From IMG/VR virus record IMGVR_UViG_3300022542_000629, positions 1 to 48,798 of that record: a stretch of 48,798 nucleotides of DNA, one strand, 5' to 3'. The first letter of the stretch is position 1. Each line of letters starts with the position of its first letter. The DNA comes from a virus. Position numbers and translations under genes: made by a program. The notes beneath the pieces are model-generated. The model worked only from the letters and a program-made list of their open reading frames with translations, made no database searches and was not told the DNA's origin. Positions 14,242 to 22,097 of the stretch are shown here, one piece after another.

Positions 14242-14514
14242 TTATTCTACTGTGTTGAATTCGTGAGTTGCTATTGCAACCTCTTCCAGATTTACCGTTT
14301 CCATTTCCATTTCTATGATGGTGTATGTATAGGGAGTTCCCAGTATCATCTCCCCGTTCTCGTTGAAGTCTGGGGCGTCTGCGTTGTACCCCTTGTAGTC
14401 CAGTTGGAAAATTCTGTTTTGCTGTGTTAACCTGCGTTGGGGATTGTCCAAGCTTGTTACATAAGTCCGTCCTGCCTTAAAGGCTTCTTTTGCATACCGT
14501 GGTAGGCTTTTCAT
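14242..14514 (-). CDS. Hypothetical protein (90 aa), first gene downstream of promoter P3
   Basis: RBS AAAGGAGAGAAATG. ORF track. Confidence 0.6.
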   Translation of the reverse strand: MKSLPRYAKEAFKAGRTYVTSLDNPQRRLTQQNRIFQLDYKGYNADAPDFNENGEMILGTPYTYTIIEMEMETVNLEEVAIATHEFNTVE

Positions 14515-14746
14515 TTCTCTCCTTTAGGGTTTCGAGTAGATGCTCTCTTCATAGCCAGCCCCATTTGCTGACGACCCTGCCCAGTTGCCCGCTAGTCTCT
14601 CCTCTAGCGCCTCCCTGCCCCCGGGCTGTTTGTCTTTGCCGATCCCGCTTCCGGCTTACCAGTTACTTTTCAGCCTGCTGCGACTTACTCCTGTTCGCTT
14701 TCTGCGTTTTCGGTTGTTCAGGTTCTTTGTTTCCTTATCTACTATT

Positions 14747-14775
14747 ATTATACTACATTACTATACCATTGTCAA
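14747..14775 (-). promoter_or_regulatory. Consensus promoter P3 (TTGACA-N17-TATAAT)
   Basis: Minus strand reads TTGACAATGGTATAGTAATGTAGTATAAT, inside a 475-nt non-coding gap. Confidence 0.8.
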
Positions 14776-14932
14776 GTGTTTTCGGCAAAGTTGCACAAAC
14801 GTGCAAGAAAAGTGTGCCAATGTGCATAAAAAGCGGGTTTTGGGGTACGTTAGCGTGTAAAAAAGGGGCGGCATGGAGCGGTGAGGATCAGTGAGAAGTT
14901 GACGAGAATCACGTAGGCGTGTAACGGTAGGA

Positions 14933-14965
14933 TGTGAAAAGGCCCGACGCCCCTCAGCGCCGGGC
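14933..14965 (-). terminator. Intrinsic-terminator-like hairpin after 14990..15283
   Basis: GCCCGGCGC-TGAGGG-GCGTCGGGC (9 bp with 1 mismatch), followed by CTTTTCAC on the minus strand. The U-run is short. Confidence 0.45.
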
Positions 14966-14989
14966 TTCTTGGGGTACTACAGAAATGAC

Positions 14990-15283
14990 CTAGCCTGCAT
15001 TCGCCGTGGCAGTGAATTGCGTTTGCGCTATCTTTCCCGCTGTCAGTTGTAATGCCAGTGCCACCTCCAGCCTCTCGATGCGCTCAGAGTGTTCACGGAT
15101 CACCGCTGCGTTTGCGATGATCTGCAACCGCTGATCCTTGTCCTCGTTGAGTATAGCACGAGTTTCTAGTCTCCTAATATGCTCGTCTTGCAGCGCTACT
15201 TGCTGCTCCAGTGTGATGCGCGCTACTTGCTCAGTTTGGTTCATTTGACTCCTTTCATTCTGATAGTCTGTCTCCAAATTCAA
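14990..15283 (-). CDS. Hypothetical coiled-coil protein (97 aa)
   Basis: ORF track. RBS AAAGGAGTCAA. Confidence 0.55.
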   Translation of the reverse strand: MNLETDYQNERSQMNQTEQVARITLEQQVALQDEHIRRLETRAILNEDKDQRLQIIANAAVIREHSERIERLEVALALQLTAGKIAQTQFTATANAG

Positions 15284-15304
15284 GCGTCGCCTGTGTCTCC
15301 AGCG

Positions 15305-15823
15305 TCAGGCCGGGAGCGGGGGTTGAACCTTATACCTTGTGATGGTAGCAGGTTGCAAGTGAAAAGATGTTAAACACCCGCTTGCGGAAAGTTCACTGAG
15401 GGAGATAGCGACAAACCAAGAACTTCTATCTGGGTTAGATATTTCCCGCCTCGCCTTTTCAAAGAGCCCTGCCTCGCGCATTTGGTTGAGATCGACGAGA
15501 ATCCATTCTGAGATGTGGCCGTTATTTGTCCAGCCATAGAGATACCAGTCACAAAAACCCTCGCGCAATTTGTGAAGTTCTGTTGGTATACCGCTTGGGC
15601 GGCGGCTTCGGATTGTCAAATCTCGATACCCGATATTGCTTCGGCGTACTCTAACGGCAACGCTGCCACCTATAACTTCTATGACCAGGTCAGTCGCTTC
15701 TTTTGTGTCTCTTGTTTCTGGGGCAATCTCAATCTTGACAATGTGCATAGTATTGTCTTTGAGTATGCTTGTCACTTGCGCCAGGCGTTGATCTGACCAG
15801 TAGCGATCAGCCTTATAACTCAT
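15305..15823 (-). CDS. Hypothetical protein (172 aa)
   Basis: ORF track. ATGA overlap with the methylase stop. A nuclease fold (TDLVIEV...RVR) is only a guess. Confidence 0.6.
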   Translation of the reverse strand: MSYKADRYWSDQRLAQVTSILKDNTMHIVKIEIAPETRDTKEATDLVIEVIGGSVAVRVRRSNIGYRDLTIRSRRPSGIPTELHKLREGFCDWYLYGWTNNGHISEWILVDLNQMREAGLFEKARREISNPDRSSWFVAISLSELSASGCLTSFHLQPATITRYKVQPPLPA

Positions 15824-16818
15824 GCCTCATCCCCCCATATCTCAAAGCCCTCCCTTGGCTTGCGGGCGAAAACATCCAGACGCGGCGGTGGGCTGGCAAG
15901 CCTCACGCGCTCATAGAATACGTCTGGCTTCTCTGAGTGTTTGGTTACCGGCGCATCAAACGATAGTTTGAGCCCCATCCGTTCAAGCTTCAGGCTGCCG
16001 ATGCGTCCGAATAATACCAGTTCGGTATTATACATCCACGAGTAAGGTGTCATGCCGGTTGGTTTTACCCAGGTCATCACGCATTGGTATTTGACACCCC
16101 ATTCTGAGAATAAGTCAAAAGCAGCGGGTAGGTGTTTGTGGGTAGTCCATAAGTAGATATGGCAACCATCTTCTGAGGCTAGTTCCCGCAAGGGCAACTT
16201 GGCGATTTCCTCAATGCTCATTGTATGATAGTCAAATCTATCCTGGTTGGGGCGGGCATCCCGGATTATCTTTTGTGTGGGCCAGGGCGGGTCGATGACT
16301 ATAGTCTTATAGCGATGATCAGAACTAGCCTCAAAGGAAAGGATATTGTCAGTAGTTTCTTGTTGCTCTTTTTCAAGCCGTAGTTTCTTTGCCAATCTCA
16401 CTAATCCCATGCTAGTCAATTCTTTTTTGTCCTTGGCTTTTACCTCAACTATGTACTGCTCAAAGGTTTCTGGTGGCACTTCAGCCTCTAGTTGCCAGCG
16501 GCTAGCAGCGCCCCATGATAGATTGTTTTCTTGTAGTGTTGCCGTGTAAGTTAATTCAACCTCCTCCATGCTGGAGGAGGTTAAATCGCTTCGCTTGCCT
16601 GATATTCGTTCTATGCCTGCCAAGAACTCGCCCGCCCGGCGCTCTGCCCGCAACTTCACTTCAGCAGCATCGTTTTGCATCTCTAAGCCGTATTCAGCCA
16701 AGCGGAAGCATTGCCGCATCGCCTCTGCCTGATTGCGAATATTCTTGATTTCGGCGACTGTCTTTGCCTGAGCCAATGCAGTTTCAATGGCGTTCAATTG
16801 AACTAATGCGTTTGACAT
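15820..16818 (-). CDS. MT-A70-family N6-adenine DNA methyltransferase with a helical N-terminal domain
   Basis: IVIDPPWP catalytic motif, HSEKP, and DVFARKPREGFEIWGDE at the C-terminus. RBS GGAGGTAAA before ATG 16818 (the track ORF starts at 16863). Confidence 0.75.
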   Translation of the reverse strand: MSNALVQLNAIETALAQAKTVAEIKNIRNQAEAMRQCFRLAEYGLEMQNDAAEVKLRAERRAGEFLAGIERISGKRSDLTSSSMEEVELTYTATLQENNLSWGAASRWQLEAEVPPETFEQYIVEVKAKDKKELTSMGLVRLAKKLRLEKEQQETTDNILSFEASSDHRYKTIVIDPPWPTQKIIRDARPNQDRFDYHTMSIEEIAKLPLRELASEDGCHIYLWTTHKHLPAAFDLFSEWGVKYQCVMTWVKPTGMTPYSWMYNTELVLFGRIGSLKLERMGLKLSFDAPVTKHSEKPDVFYERVRLASPPPRLDVFARKPREGFEIWGDEA

Positions 16819-16947
16819 TTTACCTCCATAAAAGACGACTCCCACGAGCCCCGGCGTCTGCATTTGTCAAGAGGCAAACGAGTTTAGGCTGTGGGAGTCA
16901 CGGGCACAAAAAAGCCGCCGTGCTCGCGTGTGCCTCTTGACGGGTTT

Positions 16948-16976
16948 AGTATACCATGAAAGCCTTGAAAAGTCAA
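16948..16976 (-). promoter_or_regulatory. Near-consensus promoter P4 (TTGACT-N17-TATACT, TGn), leftward early promoter
   Basis: Minus strand reads TTGACTTTTCAAGGCTTTCATGGTATACT. Its -35 box lies 11 bp from the -35 of the divergent P5. Confidence 0.7.
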
Positions 16977-16987
16977 TGTCAAACCAC

Positions 16988-17016
16988 TTGACACCAGCCC
17001 GTTTTTTTGCTATAAT
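16988..17016 (+). promoter_or_regulatory. Consensus promoter P5 (TTGACA-N17-TATAAT, TGn), rightward
   Basis: TTGACACCAGCCCGTTTTTTTGCTATAAT, 70 nt upstream of ATG 17086. Confidence 0.8.
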
Positions 17017-17085
17017 GGTGTAGATAGGGGTTCGCTTGTGCTTACGCAAGCGCAAAACTAAAACTACATAGCATGGGAGGTTACG

Positions 17086-17343
17086 ATGGACTTCGGAGAT
17101 GCAATCGTGAACGGCATCCCGCTGGTATTTGTCATTGCGGGCCTGGTGCAGTTTGCCAAAAAGTTCAACTTGAAAGGTGAGGCCTGCACGGCGCTGAGTT
17201 TGGGACTCGGCGTCGTTTTGGGTGTAGCGTACCAGTTGCAGGCCGGACTGCCGACCGACTTCGCCGGTTGGTTCGGCGCTATTGTCTATGGCTTGGCGCT
17301 GGGTATTACAACATCAGGCTTGTATAACGTCGTCAAGAAGTAA
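17086..17343 (+). CDS. Holin-like small membrane protein (85 aa, 3 predicted TM segments)
   Basis: RBS GGGAGG. Hydrophobic segments IPLVFVIAGLVQF, ALSLGLGVVLGVAY and FGAIVYGLALGITTSGL, with a KK tail. Resembles the LL-H/phi LC3 holin families. Confidence 0.5.
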   Translation: MDFGDAIVNGIPLVFVIAGLVQFAKKFNLKGEACTALSLGLGVVLGVAYQLQAGLPTDFAGWFGAIVYGLALGITTSGLYNVVKK

Positions 17344-17571
17344 GCGCGGGATCCTCCTTATTCCTTCTTACCCGCGCAACAGGGAGCCAGTCGTGGCATT
17401 CGGTGAGGCCCGTTAGGTTAATGATTGCTCGCATGAACGCCAACGCGGGTACTGGCTCCGGAGTACAGCAGCCGTCCAGCAGCGGCTGCGAGCGGACGCC
17501 GGGGGCGCATGTAAGCCAGTTACTCCTTTACGCATTGCGCTCCCGGCTTGGGAATAGAATAAGGTGAATAA

Positions 17572-19203
17572 ATGTCAAAACAGCGCATAGCTATTGTATC
17601 TGTCTCAGTGCTGGCTATTATCGTGGCGCCGGCGATTTTCATCTTCAACATGTCCTTACCTGATGTACCATCTCAGGAATGGTGGGACGACTGCCCACTT
17701 GACCAGATTTGTTCAACTACGGCTCCACAATCTACCTATACGCCCCAGTATACCCACACCCCAGATCCAACGCCTACCTGCCGGCCTACCACCACCTGCC
17801 CGCCCGCTTCTACCGCCCTTCCCACGTCCACGTTGCTTCCCACATCCACGGCGTGGCCGACCCAGCCATACACATCAACCGCCATGCCAGCCCTTACTCC
17901 AACCCCTACGCCGACCGCACCGGCCACGCCTGTCTCTGGTGAAGTGCGCGCCTTCCCCAGCGCAGAGGGCTTTGGAGCAAACTCGATAGGCGGTCATGGC
18001 GGCAGAGTCATCGAGGTGACAAATCTGAACAATAGCGGCCCCGGCAGCCTGCGGGCAGCGATTGAGGCGAACGGACCGCGCATCGTCGTCTTTCGCATCG
18101 GCGGCACAATCGAACTCCAATCAGGTATGAATCTCACCAATCCCTTCATCACCATCGCCGGCCAAACTGCACCCGGCGGCGGCATCACGCTGAAAAACGC
18201 CATAAGCAACAGATATACTCCCATCACAATTTGGACTCACGATGTAATCATACGCTACATCAGGTCTCGGCCTGGTGCTTCTCGCGATCCGGCCAGCGCG
18301 TTGGACGCAATCCAGATGGTTTATGAGAATGCTTACAACATCATCCTCGACCATTGCTCGTTTAGCTGGTCCACCGACGAGGTGGCGTCAACGTGGGGCA
18401 GCGCGCGCGACATCACGATTCAGTGGTGTATCATTGCTGAAGGATTGAACGACAGCACGAACAAAAAAGGACCGCACTCGTGCGGCCTCATCCTTGGCAG
18501 TGACGGCGCGCACAGCATCTCAGTTCATCATAATCTACTGGCTCATCACAGCGATCGAAGCCCGCGCATCAAAACCGGCGGACTCGTCGATTTCGTGAAT
18601 AACGTCATCTATAACCCCGGTGCACAGGCGGGCCTGTTCTCCGCTGGCTCGCTCATCAACTATGTCGGTAACTATGTCGTCGCCGGTGCCGACACCGACA
18701 CCTACGAGGTGAAAGCCTACGCGCCCACCTACGTTCTCGGCAATATCGGCCCGCACCGGCCAACCAACGACCTGCCAGAAAGTTTCATCGTCCGGTCAGA
18801 CCTGCGCTATAACCTGGTAGATACCAGGTTTGACGCCCCTGCCGTCATTACTCAATCCGCACTATTAGCACACGACTACATACTGGCCGACGCCGGTGCC
18901 AACGCTGGCATAGACTGTACTGGTGTATTTTATGAGCGCCGCGACACCGTAGACGCACGCATCGTCAATGACGTAATCAACGGTACCGGCAGCATCATAG
19001 ACGATCCGTCCGAGGTTGGTGGCTGGCCCGCACTGGCGGCAGGCACGCCCTGCACCGACGCTGATCACGACGGCATGCCGGATGAGTGGGAGAACATACA
19101 CGGCTTTGATCCGAACGACGACGCCGACGGTCCTGCCGACACTGATGGGGATGGGTACACCAACATCGAGGAATACCTGAACGGAACAGAGCCGAACGAC
19201 TGA
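17572..19203 (+). CDS. Signal-anchored pectate-lyase-like polysaccharide lyase (PL1-type beta-helix) with a Thr/Pro linker and C-terminal Asp-rich calcium-binding-type repeats
   Basis: N-terminal TM segment IAIVSVSVLAIIVAPAIFIF and a T/P-rich linker. AFPSAEGFGANSIGGHGGRVIEVTNLNNSGPGSLRAAI...ITIAGQTAPGGGITL. C-terminal DADHDGMPDEWE...DTDGDGYTNIEEYLNG. Confidence 0.7.
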   Translation: MSKQRIAIVSVSVLAIIVAPAIFIFNMSLPDVPSQEWWDDCPLDQICSTTAPQSTYTPQYTHTPDPTPTCRPTTTCPPASTALPTSTLLPTSTAWPTQPYTSTAMPALTPTPTPTAPATPVSGEVRAFPSAEGFGANSIGGHGGRVIEVTNLNNSGPGSLRAAIEANGPRIVVFRIGGTIELQSGMNLTNPFITIAGQTAPGGGITLKNAISNRYTPITIWTHDVIIRYIRSRPGASRDPASALDAIQMVYENAYNIILDHCSFSWSTDEVASTWGSARDITIQWCIIAEGLNDSTNKKGPHSCGLILGSDGAHSISVHHNLLAHHSDRSPRIKTGGLVDFVNNVIYNPGAQAGLFSAGSLINYVGNYVVAGADTDTYEVKAYAPTYVLGNIGPHRPTNDLPESFIVRSDLRYNLVDTRFDAPAVITQSALLAHDYILADAGANAGIDCTGVFYERRDTVDARIVNDVINGTGSIIDDPSEVGGWPALAAGTPCTDADHDGMPDEWENIHGFDPNDDADGPADTDGDGYTNIEEYLNGTEPND

Positions 19204-19217
19204 AAGAGAGGTAAAAA

Positions 19218-19628
19218 ATGGACTATGTCATTCTACACGACGAGCTAACCACTGACCCGCTCACACGCGGCTACTCTACAATGACCGATGCCGAGGCCGC
19301 AGATGACCTCAATACCAGCTACCGCACACACACGCTCCAACGATTAGACCAAGCCGATGTCTACAACGCCGTTGCGCTAACAGAGTTCGCCGCTCTCGCG
19401 CAAGCCGAAAAACAAGAGACGTGGGACATCATCCACATTGGCGGACCAAGCGGGCTATGGGTCAGACCAGGCGATACAGCACGAGCACGCTTGATCAACA
19501 TTTTTGGCGCACAATCGGACACAATCCAGGCCCTAGCGGTGCTATTGACCCGGGACATCAGCCGGGCCGAGGAATTGGGTTTAGGAACAGTCAAGCCCGG
19601 GCACGTCGCTAAAGCCCGCGCATTATGA
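19218..19628 (+). CDS. Hypothetical protein (136 aa)
   Basis: ORF track. RBS GAGAGG. Confidence 0.6.
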   Translation: MDYVILHDELTTDPLTRGYSTMTDAEAADDLNTSYRTHTLQRLDQADVYNAVALTEFAALAQAEKQETWDIIHIGGPSGLWVRPGDTARARLINIFGAQSDTIQALAVLLTRDISRAEELGLGTVKPGHVAKARAL

Positions 19629-19636
19629 GGTGAGAA

Positions 19637-20080
19637 ATGGCTAACGAAATCAATTGGAGTGACTACCCAGCGGCAACAACGTATTTAACTACCGAACTGA
19701 ATGCCCTCGCCGACGGCGGTAACAAACTTGGTGCAGAGATAGACAATACCGCCAATGGCGACATGTACATGGATCTCGAATTGTACGTCGCTGAACAGGG
19801 ATCAGCACGAGGTAGCGGGGCTTACGTAGCCCTGTACATCCTGCCGAGCGTAGATGGCACAAACTATTGCTATGGCGGCGACAGCCTTGATCCGCCTGCC
19901 AACACATGGACGGCCAACTTCCTCCTCGACGCAGCGGTCACCGCACGCTATGCCACGCTCACCCACATTCTACTCCCAGCCAGCAAGTTCAAATTACTGC
20001 TGATCAACGAGACAGGCCAGGCGTTCGCAGCCACCAGTACTACCCTCAAGTACACGATTTACAACGAGGAGATTCAGTGA
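19637..20080 (+). CDS. Hypothetical, probably virion-associated protein (147 aa)
   Basis: ORF track. RBS GAGGTGAG. Confidence 0.6.
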   Translation: MANEINWSDYPAATTYLTTELNALADGGNKLGAEIDNTANGDMYMDLELYVAEQGSARGSGAYVALYILPSVDGTNYCYGGDSLDPPANTWTANFLLDAAVTARYATLTHILLPASKFKLLLINETGQAFAATSTTLKYTIYNEEIQ

Positions 20081-20928
20081 GTAAACTGCTCCGCCAGCGA
20101 TGGGGACTCAACAGGCCGCCGTCCGGGCCGTTCACGATCAACCATGCCTCGCCGCAGAGCATAGGGCTTGTGGCCTGGTGGCCGACGCTGGGAAGCCAGG
20201 GCACGACAGTACTCAGGGATTTGGCTGGCGCATACGACGCCGATTTAGCTGCTGGAGCTGCTCGCCCAACGTGGATATTAGATCCCACCGTGGGCTGGAT
20301 ACTAAGCTATGATGGCGGCGATTACGTCGATACAAACACTGAGACAGTAGGTAGTACTGGTCTCTTTTGTCAAGCAGCTGAGTCCTTTTCTGTCAGTGTG
20401 TGGCATGTTATCGGCGGCGCCAGCACGGGGACAGTCGTCGCGCGGGGGGTGGCGGCGATAGCAAATCGAACCTTTCAAATATTCTTCGCCGGTCCTGCTA
20501 ACTCGACGCCTACTGTTGTCCTGCGCGGGAGTGTTAACAATACAAATGCAGGGCTCCGTGATGGGACACTGCATCTTAGCACGGTCACGTGGGATGGTAT
20601 TGTTGCTCGGTATTATGCTGACGGAAGGTTTCACAGCAATCTGAACGTTGGTGCTGCTGCCGAAAACGCAGGGCAGCGTATAATCATCGGAGCTAGGACC
20701 AATGGCGCGGCTTACTATTTGACTGGCAGCATAGGGCCAGTCAGAATCTATGACCGCGCACTTATTGACACCACAAATTGGCAACTTTATGACCCAGCGA
20801 CACGCTGGGAGTTGTACAAGCCCACCCGGCGGCTTTGGCAAGTCAAGGCACCCGCAGCGATAGGTATCTTTCCGCCAGTTCCAGGTGCAATACACCGCCT
20901 ACGCAAATTTCCGCATTTGAGAATGTGA
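20077..20928 (+). CDS. LamG/concanavalin-like lectin-fold protein (283 aa, GTG start)
   Basis: GTGA start/stop overlap with GAGGAG 6 nt upstream. Pattern FSVSVW...G..HLSTVTWDG...YADG...IIIGAR...LTGSIGPVRIYDRAL is typical of Laminin_G_3. Confidence 0.55.
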   Translation: MSKLLRQRWGLNRPPSGPFTINHASPQSIGLVAWWPTLGSQGTTVLRDLAGAYDADLAAGAARPTWILDPTVGWILSYDGGDYVDTNTETVGSTGLFCQAAESFSVSVWHVIGGASTGTVVARGVAAIANRTFQIFFAGPANSTPTVVLRGSVNNTNAGLRDGTLHLSTVTWDGIVARYYADGRFHSNLNVGAAAENAGQRIIIGARTNGAAYYLTGSIGPVRIYDRALIDTTNWQLYDPATRWELYKPTRRLWQVKAPAAIGIFPPVPGAIHRLRKFPHLRM

Positions 20929-20943
20929 GGTAAATGAAATGAG

Positions 20944-21588
20944 TTATGGGACTTCACCGGTTTTTATCCAATGCAACCCTGCCCATCTAAGCCTTCGAGC
21001 TGTGCGCGCCTTGTTTTCTTTTGGTGTTACTGGCTCCATATGCTCTGGATTAACACAAGTAGGATTACAACAAAGATGATCAAGTTCATATCCATTAGGT
21101 ATTTTGTCTATATGCTGTTCATAGAGCCAACGGTGCGCTTGATAATGGATGCTTTTCTTTATTTCACTATCCCAAATAGCCAGTTGTGCCCTGCCCCTGT
21201 TATTGACAGACCGTTGCCAAATCCAGCAACCCGTTTCTTTTTCGACTATCCATTTACGTCCAGAAAGGGCTATGGCATGACCCCGAACATATTTCATTGG
21301 ATACCCTGCCACTACGCCATCTTTGTTGCGAGTATGTGTACATATTGGGGTCTTTTCACCGCAACCACACAGACACAGACCCGATGGATTGGGGTTTTCA
21401 GGCTTTTTCAATCCCCTTTTTTTATGCCAATCAATTTTGCGATCAGCTTTTTTGAGACACTCGCGGCATCTCGCTTTTCGTCTATACGCCTTACGGCCCT
21501 TAGGCAAGCAACCTGATTGATCAAAAGCATCGCGCGGGAGAAGCCGTTTACAATTTTTACAAATAAAATGGGTTTTAAGCGGTGGCAT
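20944..21588 (-). CDS. HNH (HNH_3-type) homing endonuclease with zinc fingers, antisense to the late operon
   Basis: ELDHLCCNPTCVNPEHMEPVTPKENKAR. CKNCK...CRECL. RBS AAGGAGCATT before ATG 21588. AT-rich. Confidence 0.7.
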   Translation of the reverse strand: MPPLKTHFICKNCKRLLPRDAFDQSGCLPKGRKAYRRKARCRECLKKADRKIDWHKKRGLKKPENPNPSGLCLCGCGEKTPICTHTRNKDGVVAGYPMKYVRGHAIALSGRKWIVEKETGCWIWQRSVNNRGRAQLAIWDSEIKKSIHYQAHRWLYEQHIDKIPNGYELDHLCCNPTCVNPEHMEPVTPKENKARTARRLRWAGLHWIKTGEVP

Positions 21589-21644
21589 AATGCTCCTTAG
21601 ATGCGCATTAGTAATGGGTGTTATTGTACCACAGGGAGGGTAGG

Positions 21645-22097
21645 ATGTCAAGGATGTACAGCGCAGTTTTCGAGGAAGTTGCAGTTACAGCAGTACAAGA
21701 CCTGTTTGAAATCGTAGCACCCGCTGACTCCGTGGTCATCATTCACATGTTTGAGGTTAGCCAATCCTCGGATACCGACAGTGAACAGTTAAACCTGCTG
21801 TTCCACCGTGGCAGCACCAGCGGTTCGGGTGGCAGCACCCCAACGCCACGACCGTTAGCCGTAGGAGATGCTGCCTTCGGCGGCACAGTGGAGGCGAATA
21901 ACACCAGTCAAAGCACGGAAGGTGTTCACCTCCACGCGGCGAGTTTCAATGTCTTGAACGGCTACATGTGGATGCCGACACCGGAGGCGCGGATTATCCT
22001 CTCGCCGTCCGGGCGACTCATCATAGAACTACAAACAGCACCAGCCGACTCGTTGACGATGAGCGCTACAGTAGTGTTCGAGGAAATCGGTGGGTAA
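21645..22097 (+). CDS. Hypothetical structural-module protein (150 aa)
   Basis: RBS GGGAGGGTAGG before ATG 21645. ORF track. Confidence 0.55.
   Translation: MSRMYSAVFEEVAVTAVQDLFEIVAPADSVVIIHMFEVSQSSDTDSEQLNLLFHRGSTSGSGGSTPTPRPLAVGDAAFGGTVEANNTSQSTEGVHLHAASFNVLNGYMWMPTPEARIILSPSGRLIIELQTAPADSLTMSATVVFEEIGG

Noticed and set aside
16867-17055. A 62-aa basic ORF on the minus strand spanning the promoter hub
   Set aside because: It covers both divergent promoters and would start upstream of the leftward transcription start. It has no SD.
17594-17989. Alternative-frame ORFs (17594..17989, 17709..17942) and antisense ORFs across the lyase linker
   Set aside because: The Pro/Thr-rich linker DNA (CCN/ACN) keeps other frames open. 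The annotated frame has the signal anchor and the catalytic motifs.
19906-20076. The 57-codon N-terminal extension of the LamG ORF (ATG 19906)
   Set aside because: It overlaps 19637..20080 entirely in another frame. GTG 20077, with GAGGAG 6 nt upstream and a GTGA junction, fits the operon style.
20302-21516. ORFs 20302..20895 (-) and 20971..21516 (+)
   Set aside because: They are antisense to the LamG gene and the HNH gene respectively. The sense frames carry recognisable motifs and RBSs, and these frames do not.
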